This document shows, one piece after another, positions 1 to 19,272 of a DNA stretch of 64,000 bases (the stretch's first letter is position 1; the number at the start of each line of letters is the position of its first letter). Location: the NCBI RefSeq assembly GCF_009914755.1, contig NC_060934.1; one strand, given 5' to 3'. The notes below the pieces were generated by a model. That model saw nothing but the letters and a program-made list of their open reading frames with translations. It ran no database searches and was not told where the DNA came from. The DNA is from the human T2T-CHM13v2.0 reference genome, Homo sapiens. The position numbers were made by a program, and so were the translations under genes.

Positions 1-199
1 ATTATAGATTATTATATAAAAATATTTTTTTGGAAAAAAACAATACTCAGTTGGCTCTTTCAGCATTCTACCTAGAAATCTTAGTGAGCTCCACATTCGT
101 TAAGCATGTTTTCTAGTTTTCAAGTTAACACATTCTTGTTAGTTTGTGCTCTCATTATGCAACATAACCCTCTCTCCAGTCTCCAGTAGCAGTCTCCTC

Positions 200-727
200 A
201 CTGCCTTGTCAGCCTCCACTAATAGCCTCCCCACTGCCTAGGCCCCAGAGCTAATGCCAGGTTTTCAGTTTTTGTTATTACAGCACCAGTAACACCAGTT
301 TTCACTTTAGTTATCTGTTGCTGTGTGAAAAACAGAAACAACAACAAAAACAAAGCTTTGTGTGTTTAACAATTTATTATTTCTCATGATTCTGTATGTT
401 GACTGAGTAGCACCTTACCTGCTTTTACCTGGACTCATTCATGTTGCGATAGTTAGCTGGGGGGGGTCTGCTGGGAACCTGGCTTACTGGGGACAGCTGG
501 GCCTCTTTCTCCTCATTTTTCATTATGGGCTTCTTCATGGTGTGGCAGCTGCACGACCCTCAAAGTGTATAATGTCACTTCAGCCACATTGTTTTAGTCA
601 AAGCAAATCACAAGTCCAAACCAGATTTAAGGGATAGGAAAATAGTCTCTACTTCTTAGTGGAAAAAGTAGATCGCAGGGAAGCATGGAAGAATTCTTGA
701 GGCCGTCTTTGAAAAACGATGTACCAC
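200..727 (-). mobile_element. old MaLR (MLT1-type) LTR plus adjacent internal fragment
   Basis: ttagttatctgttgctg...tttattatttctcatgattctg, typical of an antisense MLT1 3' end. Confidence 0.55.
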
Positions 728-1319
728 AGAGCCCAAATCAGGAGTCCAGCTCATCTAGAGGCATCTAACAGGTAACTCAGGTGGAAAGGGCTCTACAAGT
801 GGACCTGAATACAAGCAACCCAGATTGTAAGATAGGCAAGAATGGCACTAGCAGTGCTGGTGAGCTCAGAATTGAACATAGGGGTATTTTTCTCAGTCTG
901 TGAACACTTTGGGTTAATTTGATAATGAACAGCTTTACAAAATACATGGTATGAGCATATGTCAGATACTGTTTAAGTATATTAACAGTTATACAATGTT
1001 ACTACCTCTGTTACTTTGAGTTTTGAGGGTTCTTATATTAATCTAAGTGGATTGGGAATATAGCTTTCATATGTATGACTGTTTTTGTTTAATAGCTCAG
1101 GTATTGTTTGGGGGTTTTCTTTTTGTAAGTGTGTTTTGTATCCTATCTTACCTGTGAGCAAACTTTTAAAAATTCTTTGGTGAGGAAAGAACATGGTATA
1201 CTATAAAATTCAGGAGGGCCCTGAAAATTGTGGTATTAATATTTTCCTTTGACTGTGTTGAGATTGGATTTGTCTTATATTGGATTAATGTTTATGTATA
1301 TATTTTGGATTTTTTGTGC

Positions 1320-2030
<711 letters not shown>

Positions 2031-2452
2031 TTTGATTCAGAGGAGCCTGGTCTTCTGTAGTTCTGCTTTGAAATGGTTGAATATACTGAAACATTGCAGA
2101 AATATTATTCTTATCTATGAATAATAATCCTAGGAGTTGGATGGCTAAGGGACTGGATAGAAATGTAATGATTGGGAGTATTTTTAAGTGGCTCTGTGTT
2201 TAGAGTATCTGTTTTATAGGTACTTATTTTCAAAAATCCTCCCCCAAAAATGTGCTTTCAGATGTATAATTCATAGAATCATAAACAGCCCTTTGTAATA
2301 TCCTCAGAGAGCTTGAAAATGTTTTTATCTTTCTGCAGTGCTGACATTGATGTGTTTTAAATGGGTAGACATTGTGCTATTTGCAAAGCCTTCTATCTAA
2401 ACTAAGCAGATAGTTGTAACATTTTATCTGTGACTGGCTAAAGTTCTTTTAA

Positions 2453-3129
<677 letters not shown>

Positions 3130-3861
3130 TGATTTACTGTAAGTACTATTTTTAAAATATTAATATGTAAAGAAATATGTAATAAGCTACAATATTTCTT
3201 CAAAAAAATCAATCTTACTCTCCTCTCTAGCATATATTCATTCTCAATTAACATTTCCTACCCCTTCTCCCTTCCGTTTCCTTCCTGACCATAACTTAGA
3301 GTTTCTAGGGCATTGTTTTTCAAGTTGTGGGTCACAACCCATTAGTGGATCATCAATCAATTTGACTAGCGTGTATTAAAATGAAGTAGATTAAAATAGA
3401 AAATATCGGAATATACCACATAGTAAGGGAAAGTATGTCATTAATTTATCTCAGTTATGTATCTTATATATTTGTATGTGAATACAATATAAAATGTTTG
3501 AAAGCCACCATTCTGGAGTGTTTCATCTATTTGTGTCTTGAACCTAATGTTTTTTAAACATGCATGTTGGATAGTTGTTGCATAAATATTTGCATAAGAT
3601 TTTTAAAACTAGAATTCTGTATATACATGATACCTTGTTTCTATTCTGCATGGCCAAAGGCTACATCAGAGGGAAACCCTTAGTGTTCACAAGTTTTATA
3701 ACTACTTTTTAAAAATTCGTTCTTTGCAGCACTTTAAAAGAATGTTGTTTAAGACTATTTTTTCCCTAATGTAATTCATACTGGTTTGTACTAGTTCCTA
3801 TTACTCTGAAATACTTAGAAAGTATGACTTTGCATATGTGGTATTAAAAGTAGGAGTTGGG

Positions 3862-4281
<420 letters not shown>

Positions 4282-4517
4282 TTAGCTCTGAAAATATCAA
4301 TTACAAATCGAGCATTATAATCTAAGATCTTTTTATATGAATAAAAAATTGTTCTAATATTTTTGAGAAGCTACTTTTTAAAGTGCACCTGTTAACTCTG
4401 AGGGCAAAATGTAAAAGTTCTGCTTGACCCATGTAAATTTTGAATTTAATGAATTTATCATGGATGTCCTTCTTTGTGTTTATTAATGCAGATAACAAGA
4501 GTAATCCACAGACTTAA

Positions 4518-4721
<204 letters not shown>

Positions 4722-5219
4722 TGAATTAGAAGGCTGTAATTTTTCTCCCTCTTTGGAAATGTTAGTATAATAAGGTAGAAGTTTTCTCAAACTACCCTCA
4801 GGTTAAAAGAGGGGTGGAGGAGGAGTGGTGACCAGTTGCTTCCAGTCTTTCAAAGGAGAAATGGACATCTAATTTGTGTATTTGATTTGCAGAGCCTTAA
4901 TGACAACCTAGTATTGTGTTTGGTGGTTTAAATTTTGTGTGTTTTCTGGGTATAGCACTTTATTAAAGGAGGATACCCAATTCAGACTGAATATGTAAAG
5001 AAAAGAAAGGCATGACTCAAGTCATAGGAACCAATAAATAAGTTAGGTATATCCCATGCACGTATTTTCTTCTTCCTTTGGGTACCTTGACGCTCAGAGT
5101 GGCATGAGAAGACTTAAGGTTTTTGAGGAAGTCTGTGATTTGGCAGCCTAGTATTACATATGTCTACTGCAAGCACACGTGACTACACACTAAATTAACT
5201 AAATTAAAAGTAGATTATA

Positions 5220-5521
5220 GGCCAGGCTCAGTGGCTCACAGTGTAATCCCAGCACTTTGGGAAGCCGAGGCAGGAGGCTCACTTGAGCACAGGAGTTTGA
5301 AACCAGCCTAGGCAGCATAGTGAATCCTTGTCTCTACAAAAAAATTTAAAAATTAACTGGGTGTGGTGGTGTGCACATGTAGTCCCATCTACTCCTGGGA
5401 GGCTGAGGCAGGAGGATCACTTGAGCCCAGAAGGTCAAGACTGCTGTGAGCCGTGATCATGCCACTGCATTCCAGCCTGGGCAACAGAGTGAGACCTTAC
5501 CTAAAAAAAAAAAAAAAAAAA
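5220..5521 (+). mobile_element. AluJ
   Basis: dimer with A tail. Confidence 0.88.
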
Positions 5522-6189
5522 TTCAACTCAAGTGGAAAAATCCTGTCTGCACAGCAATAGTCAGACTTTGTGAATCATATTCAAATGATCTGTTTTCTTA
5601 CAAAATCTTAGTGGAAATGTATTAATACATGATGGAAAATGAGAGAACAGCTTGATTTAAAATGCAAAATGAATTTGTAACTTTCTGCATGATGAAGATC
5701 ATGCACCCCTAAGACAGAGTTCAGCACACAGACATATGATGCCCAGGTTAGGGTTATATTAGGTTTCCAACTTGGGTATCAAAATTAGCACCAAGGCATA
5801 GAGCTGCCTGAAGTAGCCCTGGTAAATCATTTTTGTTGTGTCCTTGTGAATTTAATCATAGAGGTAAGTCCAAAACCAAAGGGGAATTCCACTCTTAAGT
5901 AATTAATTCTCCCATACCAGTGGCCTCGGTGAAAGCATTGAAGTACAAGTTATAAAAGCAATGTAAGCATTGAGTAATTTTATTTTTTATAGTGCCCACT
6001 TTAAAGAAACTCTTTCCAAATGGAAAGATTCATCAGAAAAGTCATGAGAGAGTAAATGTTCAGTGCCTTACTTTATGCAAACTTGAGTGTCTAGGTTTAT
6101 AAACACTTGAAGAGCACATTAATTATTTAGATCAAAAATAGATATGTTTCCTTCTCCAAAGAAACCCCATTTTTAAGAACTAACTTACT

Positions 6190-6481
6190 AGATCGGAAAT
6201 GGTGGCTCACGCCTGTTGTAATCCCAGCACTTTAGGATGCCAAGGCAAGAGGATTGCTTGAGCCTAGGAGTTTGAGACGAGCCTGGGCAACATAGTGAGA
6301 CCCAGTCTTTGCAAGAAATTAAAAAATTAGTCGAGCGTGGTGGTGTGAGTCCGTAGTCTCATACTTGGGAGGCTGAGTCGAAAGGATTACTTGAGCCCAG
6401 TAGATCAAGGCTACAGTGAGCCGTGATCACACTACGGCACTCCAGCCTGGGTGACAGGGCAAGACCCTGTCTCAAAAAAAA
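6190..6481 (+). mobile_element. AluJ
   Basis: diverged dimer. Confidence 0.85.
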
Positions 6482-7089
6482 TTTTAAAAGAACTTATCAA
6501 CCAAATGATTGTAGTAACAGCATATTAGTAACTGAAAGAATGAAGTGAAGTTTCAATTTTGGTTAAGGTTGTTAAATATTGAGATTTCTTTAGGAAGTAT
6601 CTCAAAGAGGACCGTTGAATTCTAACTGTAGAGTCTAAATGAAAAAAATTACTAAACTCCATTTTTATGCCAGGGTTTTTGTCTTATAGTTTGCCCATTA
6701 AACTAAAGTTGCATAATGTTAAGTAGATTAATTTTTTTGTATTTAGTATTTCTATTTGTAAATTGGCTTAAAAGTAAAAATTTTACTTATGCCTTGGGGA
6801 ACTTAGTGAAATAATGTGAAAGGGCAAACGCATAGTGTATCATTTCCCTATTCACTTAACGAGAATGATCACTTTCTGCCCAGAGAGGAACAAAGAAGGC
6901 TGAGATTTAAAAGAATTAAAAGTTGATATTTTTTTTTCCTAGATCTTGGCTAATGAATTTAAAATCTTCTTTGTGAAAGACTTAAGAAAGTGTATACATT
7001 TTGTCTTCCTGCCATATTTTAGGACAGTGGTTTTTAAGTTTCTTTTAATGCAACAGAAACTTCACCAAGGGAAATGATACTTGGTGGCT

Positions 7090-8430
7090 TGTATTAGTTA
7101 TCTACTGCTGAATAACAAATTATTCCAGAACTTAGCAGCTTAAAACAAGCATTCATTATCTCACCATTTCTGTGGGTCAGAAGTTTAGGAGCAGGTTAGC
7201 TGAGTTTTTCTGGCTCAAGTTCCCTGATGAAGTTGCAGTCAATATGTTAGCCAGGGCTGCTGTCATTTGAACACTTTACTGGGGCTGGAGGATCCACTCT
7301 TAAGATGGATCACTCACATGGCTGTTGGCAAAAGACCACAATTCCTTGCCACGTGGACTTTTTCTAAAGCTGCTTGAGTGTTCTTCCCCAGAGCAAGGAT
7401 CCAAGAGAGAGTAGCCTGAAGGCTGCTTTTGAACTAATCTCAGACATCACACACTGTCACTTCTGCCATATTTATTAGTTAGAAGTGAGTCTTTCAATTC
7501 TCCCCATGCTCCAGGGGAGAGAAATTAAGCTCCATCTTTTGAGGAGAGAATTGTCCACTCTCTGGTTACTATTTATTTATTTAGAGACAGGGTCTTACTG
7601 TGTTGCCCAGGCTAGTGTGCAGTGGCTGTTAACAGGCACAATCATAGCACACAAAATCCTGTGCTCAAGCGATCCTCTTGCCTCAGCCTCTTGAGTACCT
7701 GGGACTACAGGTATGTGCCACCATGCCTGGCAGGTCACAATTTATTTTAAAGGAACCGCAGTCTGTCCTTCTGCCACAATTTATTTTTCTTCCTTCCACA
7801 TGCAAAATACACTCTTCTTCTCCTAGCACCTCCTAAAAAGTCTTATCCCATTCCAACATTAGCTTGAATCCAGAATCTCATCATCTAAATGTAGTCCAGC
7901 TGCAGATGATTGTCCTCAGGGTGTAGAACCTTAAGTACAGGTCCTGTCAATCTATTAACCTGTGAAATAAAGATTCATGTTATCTGCTCCCCAGTGGCAG
8001 GAGAGGGCATAAGATAACTGCTACAGACATCCCTCTTCAAAAAGGAGAAAATTGAGAAATTCAAAGGAGTCACTGGTCCAAAGCAATTGTGAAATCCATC
8101 TGGACAAATGTTTGGAAGTGTTTTGATTAGGACTCAGTCCTACTATTTACCAGGACTGAACCTCCCTGGTGCTTGGCTCTGCCCACTAGGTTCTTGGTTC
8201 CACTGTCTAAGTCATCCTTCCTTTTTCTTGAAAGGTAGCCTGTGTTTGCCACTTTGTGTTTTTCTTAGTCTGCTTTCTTCTTACAGAAGTTTTAGGGGTG
8301 CAAAGGCCCCTTTTCCTTTTGTACTGTCTTTGTTCCTTTCAGCCCAAGCTTACAGTGTTTCTGCTGATATAATTCTTTAAAAAATTTTGTCAGTCTCCTG
8401 TAAATATTGGGATTCACTCTGTTAAACAAA
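7090..8430 (-). mobile_element. MLT1-type MaLR LTR (~7090-7760) plus internal sequence
   Basis: tgtattagttatctactgctg...taacaaat...tctgtgggtcagaag; same family as 51760. Confidence 0.65.
7570..7731 (-). mobile_element. FAM (fossil Alu monomer) nested in the LTR
   Basis: contains the 7SL-derived segment agtggctgttaacaggcacaatc that dimeric Alu lacks. Confidence 0.75.
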
Positions 8431-8574
8431 ATCCATAACCAATAAAGATTAAAGTCAGATTTTACTAATTCATGTTTGTAAGTGACAAATTTATACACCT
8501 TCTATTTAAAATTCTCAGCTAATTTGGGTAGAAGGGAAATCAGGAGAGAAATTAATAAAAGCAAAGTATAATAC

Positions 8575-8790
8575 TTTTTTATTAAGCACTTACTATATGC
8601 CAAGCACCTATTATGCATCTTTAATCCTCAAAGCAATTCAGTTAAAGAAGTATTAAGATGCCTAAGTTATAGATGCATAAACTGAAACTTAGAGACATTA
8701 AATAACTTGCTGAAGTTTTACAGCTTAGTTAAATGATGTGGTCAGAATTTAAACTGCAAAGCTCACACCTGTAATCACTAGGCTGTACCA
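8575..8790 (-). mobile_element. MIR
   Basis: ttattaagcacttactatatgccaagcac...gaaacttagag core. Confidence 0.6.
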
Positions 8791-11484
8791 CTTACAGCAT
8801 TCAGTGACAATGAAAAAATTCTGCCTATATGTTTTTATATCATCTTATTCATCTTCAAAGCCTGCTGCTTAAGTTAATTCAACGCAACCTGGAAGAGTTT
8901 ATAATCACAAGACATTTTGGTGTAAATGTAAATTTGGATGACAAAAATCACCCCTTATTGCTTTGAGCTGAGAAAATAACAAATAATTTTTGTTATTCTG
9001 GCCCTCAGGTATTACTTATTTCTAGGAATTTCACAGCCTTTTTATATTTAATTTTTTAAAATAAAATATTTATCTTAGAAATCAAATACCACTTGGTAAA
9101 TTAATTTGGCTTGAGATTTTGTTGCAGTAGAGAAAATCCACAAGTTCTCTTTGTGGAGACCCTAAGTTCTAATTTACCCCCTTTTCTCAAAACGAAGTGT
9201 TCAGGACAAACTATTGGAATTAAGTGATTCCTTTTCAAAGTTAAAGAAGCATATAAATTGAAAAACTAAGCAATAGCACATTGAATACAAGAGATGGTTA
9301 CTAAATTCTGAATGCATGGATGGATAGAGAATAGCTAGGTGGGCTTTGAAACATTAAACATTTGAATATTGTCCAACAGGCTCCTACTGAACTTGACTGC
9401 TTAACAAAACAGTTGCTGGGCTTCCTAAGCCTTACCACCATGGGAAGCAGTTTAGACTGGTTGACACAAATGTGCAGTGTTATTCTGAAAAATAACAGGA
9501 GTGTATGTGGTGGTAGCCTGGGCACATGACATACTAACAGTTTTTAATAACAGGGCAATGCATACTGCTGTAAGCTTATTTTGATGCGAGGAGAAACGTC
9601 AAAGGCATATACATTTTAGGATATCACTGGAAGTAAGGCCTGAGTGTTAACAGGGTTCCTTAATTCAAATTGGTCAAAATCACCATGATCTGTGGTCAGT
9701 TGAGAAGTTTAAGATGCAGGTATTCTTAACTTTATTTACATTTCTGTTGTACACAGCTTCAAGAAAAATATTCTAACCTTTAGCTTCATGTTAATCAAGA
9801 CTTAGATACAGAAGAAAGACCATCCAGAAGAAAATATGGTTTATTTGTTTTTTCTCCTTTCAACAGGGCCAGTGGTATTCTATTTCCAAATGAGTACATT
9901 TCTTAATGGAGAAATTCTAAGTAAGTTTGTTATGCTCCTAATCCTGCTTTAGGAGAGCTCTAATAACATAATTATAGGGTGCCTTGGGAGCAGCAAGTCT
10001 GTAATCTTTTTTTTTTTTTTAACTTTTTGCCCCAATTTTCCTCTCTAGTAATTTTGAGGTAAAACATCCAGATGTGGATATTTAAAATTCATCTCTGATG
10101 TCTCCTATATTTATCAGTGTTATTATCTGAGTGTAAGTTAGACATTACTGATAAATGAGCCAACATGGAGTTTTTTTTTTTTAAGCATTAATTGAAATAA
10201 TTTTATCAGGTCAGGTTTTTTTAAAAAATCAAATTGGTTCTCTTTTCTGTGACTTAAGTATTTTATCTCCTGCCACTTTCTCCTGAAAGTTCTGACCTTG
10301 GATACAGAGTTTTAAAATGTGATGCCTCAAGTGAATTCTACTTTTGGTTTATAGTATTCCGGAATATGTGAGTACTTAAAGTATATTCTTAGCCTACATG
10401 AATCTCACATCTCTGAATATTTGACATTTTTAGAAGTCCATTTATGTCCATACTTTATGAATTCAAAGTTTATAGCCTCACTCCCTCGACATTGATAGAT
10501 ATATAAAATAAAAGGGTGTGAGATTCAGATAAGGCTTTTAAGGCACCCTGTCTCTAACTTAAACATTTTGCTTTTCACCTAGTGATTTTTTTACCATACT
10601 TTTTGGACCTATGTTTGAAGAGCTGTTCAAACTATAATGTTCTGGGGGCAAATTAAGTTTTCAAGTAGGATTTTGTTTGAGTTGAAGAATTAAATGGCTT
10701 TTTAAAAGTTTATAACATTCAATGAGGATGAATTTCTTATTTAAAGAAAATAAATCTTACCTAGTAGATTATGGGTAGGCCTAATTAGACAGCAGGGATT
10801 TCTCATTCAAGTAATAGACTGATAAGACTGTTTTCTAGCTAATAACCTATGAAATGGATATTTGCTACGTTAACTGGGTCAAGATTGAGATCAGATTCTT
10901 CACTTTCTTTATATCTAGGAAAATGAAAAGAAACTCTTAACTTAGTATTAATTGAGCACTGAACTACACACTCAGGGAGAATCTAGAAATGTGAAAGACA
11001 CAGTTTCAGTCCTCAGATAATATGGTATAGTAGAGCAGGAAAATAGTTAAACAATCACAGTCATACACTAGGTACCCTAAGTATAGTATAGGGAAAGTTC
11101 ACAGTGAAGTGTAGAAGAGAAGAAATACAGAGATCCCTCCTAACTTGGATGATTAGGTGACTTCAAGGAGAAGGTAGCATTTGTAATGTGTTGAATAAAG
11201 GAAAGAATTCATTAGGAAGAAGAACAGTGGAAGTCAATACTTCCATTGGATGAAGTAGATCGAGCAGGGCTAGAGAAGTGCAAGTTGTGATCAGAGAATG
11301 CTGCAAGAACCTCATAGGCTAAAGCATGAGGTAGTAATGGCAGATAAAGCAAAAAAAATTACATAGCAGCAGACTATGGAAATTTTGCAGTACCAAGCCA
11401 TTTTGACCTAAGTTAGGAGTCAGTACATTTTCTCATCATTGCCCATTTTGTTTACACAATTTTTTATAAAAGTGTTTGTTTTGG

Positions 11485-11660
11485 ATCTGGGTTCACATTT
11501 TACTTTGCCTACCACTTACTAGCTATGTGACATTACGAAGCTCGTTTAACTTGAGCTTCAGTTTCCTTGTTGGTAAAATGGGGAAAATACCTCACACGGT
11601 TGTGACAATTAAATAAAATAACATAAGAGCATGCAGTACAGCACGCAGCACGTAGTCGGC
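11485..11660 (+). mobile_element. MIR
   Basis: ccacttactagctatgtgac...cagtttccttgttggtaaaatgggg core. Confidence 0.7.
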
Positions 11661-14506
11661 AACTGTTTTTTGGAAATTATATATTTATTGCTAATTTGAA
11701 GTACATTATGCTTTTGTGGCAACACTTGAAGATTTTAATTCCTTAGACTGTATTTTGGTTTTTTAAGGTCTTGAATCTGTTACCCTGATGGCATTCTGGT
11801 TTATTCATCTTCACAAAATTTAACAACTACCACTACCTCCTCTTCTATGCTCTTCTGTATCTGAGAAAGAAGACATAGTTTATGCCATGGTTTTGTGTAT
11901 ATGTTGTTTGATCTTCTAACCAGTTCTTCTCTAGTGGAGACTCCAGGGAACTGTTGGCTAATCTGACTTAAGCCCAGTATGTGGCCACACCACCCTGATT
12001 AGAAATCAAGTTTCTCATTATGCTTTGATGAATTCTTAGCTACAAGAGGGCAAGTACTTAGCCTGGTATTCCAGGATCACCATAATCTGCCAGTATATAT
12101 ATATATATTTTTGCTTTATCTGCCATTGCAGTCTAATGCTCTAATCTAGCCTAAGAGGTTTACTCAACATTTCAGATCACAACATGCCTGCTAGCTTATT
12201 AGTTGTATTTGGTTTCAGAGATACAATCCAAGTCTGAATAAAATTAGGAAAAGAACTTGTGCTCAGTTGAGGGTTCCATATTTGAATCTTTATTCCATTT
12301 ACTTATTAGCTTTATAACCTCGAGCAAGGCATTGCCTATCTCAGGACTTTGTGGTGAGACTCAAATATATCAACTATAAAGGATTATTAACATTGAACTT
12401 TAGTAAAAATATGATTAACTACCCATCTCAAAGATAAATAAAATTTTTATCTTAATATTTTAATGAAAGCTCAATAAATTTACTGATAAATTTAAAAAAT
12501 CAGCTGAAATTAGTAATTAGTAATTTTTTATATTAGTCTTATATTAGTAATTTTTACACTTACTGTTTTATGACTTAGGTGATTATCTGAACAATATTTG
12601 AGAAACATTTGAAACATGTAAAAATGAGTAATAAATGTTCATGACAAAATATTAAACCTTTTTTGCACTGGAAGAATTCTTACCTGTTGAAGCACTGTGA
12701 ACTGTAAACAAGGCTGGGGGGATTTCATATACTTTGAAAAAAAATTTTTTTTATACCTATACTGCGTAGAAGCTATTCGTCAGCTTTAAAGGAGACATTC
12801 GTATTTTCCCTCTTACTCTTAATTTGATTTCAGAAGAGCTTATACATCGCTCTATGACACCATAGCTATCCCAAAGGTTTTAGAATGGTACTCACATATT
12901 GTGGGATATATGGTAATGAAGAAAGCATTTCACTAATGTAAAAAGAGCATTGGACTTGTGTCCTTGCCTCTGGCATTTACTAGCTGTATGTCCGTGAACA
13001 GGTTTTCAACCTTTCTTTAACTTTCTCATCCCACCCAGCAGAAATTTCTCACCAGTTTAATAAATTGTGATTCTCTTGAGTACCTGGTTGATTTTTTTTT
13101 TTAATCTAAAAACCATTGTAAATCAATACACTGAGCAAGCTGTCTTAATTCATGTTGGCTGCCAGAGTTGAGATAAAATTTGTCCCATCTCTAGCAAATG
13201 CATACAATTTTATGGCATTCACTTTGTATCTTAACCTCATTCCTGGCTCTGTCTACCTTCCTTATGCTTATTTTCTCTTCAGCTTTATTTTTCTTACCTA
13301 TATTTATTTTTGTAGCATTTTAATCTGTGGAAGCTGCCTTAAATTTTTCCTGGAAGAACATGGGTGCAAGACATTTAATAAAATAGATAATGCCTACTTC
13401 TCCAAGTTATTGTAATATATGTAATGAGTGATACACATAGTAGGTATCATTAATTTTGGTTTTTTAAAAACTGAATCAAAGAATATCAGTTATAACTACT
13501 TTGAACTGAGAAAAGTTTAAATAGTTTGGTTTTGAAGGGAAGATAGAGTTCCAAAAGAGCAGATTGGCCCATTGCCATGTGTCCAGAAGTTTTCTGTACT
13601 TTACATAAAGATAAATGAGGATATCTGGAACATTTTTTTCCTTTCAGCCTTAAGCATGGTAAAATAGTTATGTTACTTGTCTGTATGAAGGTGTCCATCT
13701 ATCTTGTATACAGCTCTCAGCCATCTTATCTTCACAGGGTCTTGGATGAACAAGAAAACTCCCTAATGGAGTTTTCTGATAAATGAAGTATATCTTTGTA
13801 GAGGATATTTTACAAGACAGTTTTTCTGATTTAAATCGTGTATTTAAATGAACTAGATACCGGCAATAGAACCAGATGTTTTTGAGCTTTTATTATATTG
13901 TGTGAATGATTTACACTTAACAAGCCTTGAATTTGTAAAAAGAAAAGCCATATTTAACTGGTGCAAACTGCTCCATGAACTTAGGATTCAAATGTCACAA
14001 TTAGTATTTTTAAAAATTAATCACTCAAATATCCACTTGCCTTATTAGCAGAAAGTACACCATCTTTCTCTTGGAATTTCTGCTTTTCTCTGAATTCTTC
14101 CAGAACTTTAGTGACTTACACTGACTGGGTTAATCAGTGGCCTCCATATCCAAGATGGGTGTGGGTCGTGTATCCATGCATCTGTATATATGTATGTGAG
14201 GGAGACACACTAGAGTCTGTTCAGTCCACCACTGCCACTGTACTTCCCTGCCCCATGGTAGAATGTTGAAAACCAGTCTTAAACTGTTCAACAGGAGCTA
14301 TAGGTTCACTGTTGACTCAGATGTTTGTGCAGGCCACCACAGTGCATCAGGGAGGGATCTTCCGGTGCTAAGCTCGGTCCTTTATGGTTGAGCACCCAAG
14401 ATTACAACTATTAGCACCCAGCTCTTAGAGTTCACATCATGGAAACTTCTCAACTATTGTTCTAAGTGCACTGTAAACACTGAGTCAGGACTAGTTCTAA
14501 CATCTA

Positions 14507-14866
<360 letters not shown>

Positions 14867-15500
14867 CTAGACATATAGGTTATTTACCCACCCTCTCAGA
14901 AAGGCTCCATCTAAGCGGAGATTCCAGGAGATTTTATTCCTACCGTCACGAGGCAGACCACTGTCAGTGACTCAAAAGAGATTCACCCTTCTAAAGGAAG
15001 TTTTCTCCATTATCTCCCAGGTATTCATACCTACCCTTCTTGGAGGAAGTGATTCCAAAATAATTTTCTGCCTTCTCCCTCTTAGGCAGAGTGGGGGAAA
15101 TGGAGCTTAATTTCTGGCAGGGCATCCTGCTACATAAGTAACTAATCTCAAATGGAAGAGCAAGGGTTAAGTGACTTATGTTGCAAGAACCTTCATCTTT
15201 AAAACGAAGGAGACATGAGCAAAAGAACAAATGACAAACTTAATAAGTGTTGGTTGGGTGTGATGGAAAGTCAGAACCAACTATTTGTGATATGAAGGAT
15301 TGGGAGAAGTTTCAGATGTTGAACCATACTAGTAACTCGAGGGTTACTGGAATAGAGGCGTTCTCTTAATATTAGTTCAGGATTTTGATCTCTATAAACA
15401 CTGTTTCTGCCACTACCTCACCCACCCCACCCCCAAAAAGATACAGAACTCCAGAATAGGAACATATGGAACCCAACGTTCCATTAAAAAACTGTCATTT

Positions 15501-15803
<303 letters not shown>

Positions 15804-15930
15804 TCATTTACCACAGTGTTGCAGAGAGTGATTAGAACTCAACTCTTATTAATTTGCTTTCAGAGTTTATGGAGCTAAGGAATTTCCATAGAAATCATAA
15901 AGTAGAAATTATTTTAGTATGTCTCAGTGA

Positions 15931-16286
<356 letters not shown>

Positions 16287-16526
16287 AGGGACTCTGTCTT
16301 AGCTAAGCAAGGAGTGGGTCACCTTTTTTTTTACAATGGTTTCTTGGTGCTTGAGTTGTATATTAATAAGAGGAGTTTTATCTGTGCCTGTCTAGTGTAG
16401 ATATTATAATATCTCATTTTCTTTGACATGAAGAATGCCTAGTGGTTTTCCCCCCTAAAAGCAAGCATCTTGCTGCTTCTTGCAGTGCTTTGATTTTATT
16501 ATTTTGTGTTTTATATTTGTTTTTAA

Positions 16527-16886
<360 letters not shown>

Positions 16887-16996
16887 TAACATCTAATACT
16901 TAGAGTAACATAGTGTTAGACCCTCCTACCTTTTCATATCAACCAGGCATTTACTACACTTTGTACAGATTATAAGATGATATAAGACATGATTCT

Positions 16997-17433
<437 letters not shown>

Positions 17434-18625
17434 CACCCTGTCTCTATTTTCTAAAATAATAAATCTGATTTTAATGTGGCTGGATATAAATCATATCACA
17501 GTTGGATTTGGAAGTTTGGGTTTTATTCCTAACTTTGATGGGAAGCCATTTTAAGCAGAAAGATGATTTTAAAAGACCACTATATTTTCTGTGTGAAGAA
17601 TGAACTGGGAGATTTCATAGTATTATTAACAAAAATAGAATAGTTGGGGATCTGGTTTGGCTTGGGAAATGGAGGAAGTTCAACTTTGGGCATGCTCCAT
17701 TTGCATTGCCAAGACATTGCAGCAATTGGAAGTGCAGTCAGAGAGCTTAGGAGAAACACTTGGCAGATGGACATAGAGAAGTAGTACTCAAAGCTGTGGA
17801 CATTGATTAAATAATCATACAGGAGTATGGGCTGACAAAAGATTCCAAAGAGAAAACCTCAAAAGCTCAAAGAGGAAGACTAGTCAGGGAAAACAGAAAT
17901 AGTAAAAGAAGCTGCCCTGGAAGTGTCCTGGATTCCATGGCGGGAACAAGGAGCTACAGGAGACCTGGGCCTGCTGGCTGGAATGTACAAAGGCATGGCA
18001 GGAGGAAAGCCATGTGCCACTGTTTGGAGATCAGGAAATAGCAACCAGTTGCCTGAAATACTTACGCAGTGAAGTGAAAAGCGGAAGTTAAAGTTGGAAG
18101 GTTACGGGGAGAATAGAAGACAGGTTAATGGCTGACTCTAAAATTTTGTCAGAAATTATGCTATTTTTTGTGGCTTATGTATTAAAACTATTCAGATTAC
18201 TTCAAAACATCTCAAAATTAAAAGGTTTTCCATTGAAATATTCTCTTTAAAAGTTCTTGCTCATATTCTCAGGTAAAAAGCAGTGCTTTAGAAAACTCAA
18301 TGGCTTTATGCATAATGAATTTACAAAGAAAGGGGCTACAGTCGAGTACAAGAATGAGGCTTATTGCAGGGATCCATGCATGAGTTAAGGGCTGAACTCA
18401 AGAGTGGACAACGAGGGACCTTATGAAGAAAACAGTCATGAAATGTGGTGACAAATTATATATGGTTACCCAGGAGAGGTTAAGGAGGTAGAGGTTACTG
18501 AAACCCAGAGTTTGAGCCTATAGGAATGGTAATATCAATATTAGAAGCAAAGTAAGGAGAAGAGAGAAGGTAAGAAAAACCAGGAGAGAGAAGATAAAAT
18601 CACCTTTAGACCCTTTTAATTTTCA

Positions 18626-19272
<647 letters not shown>

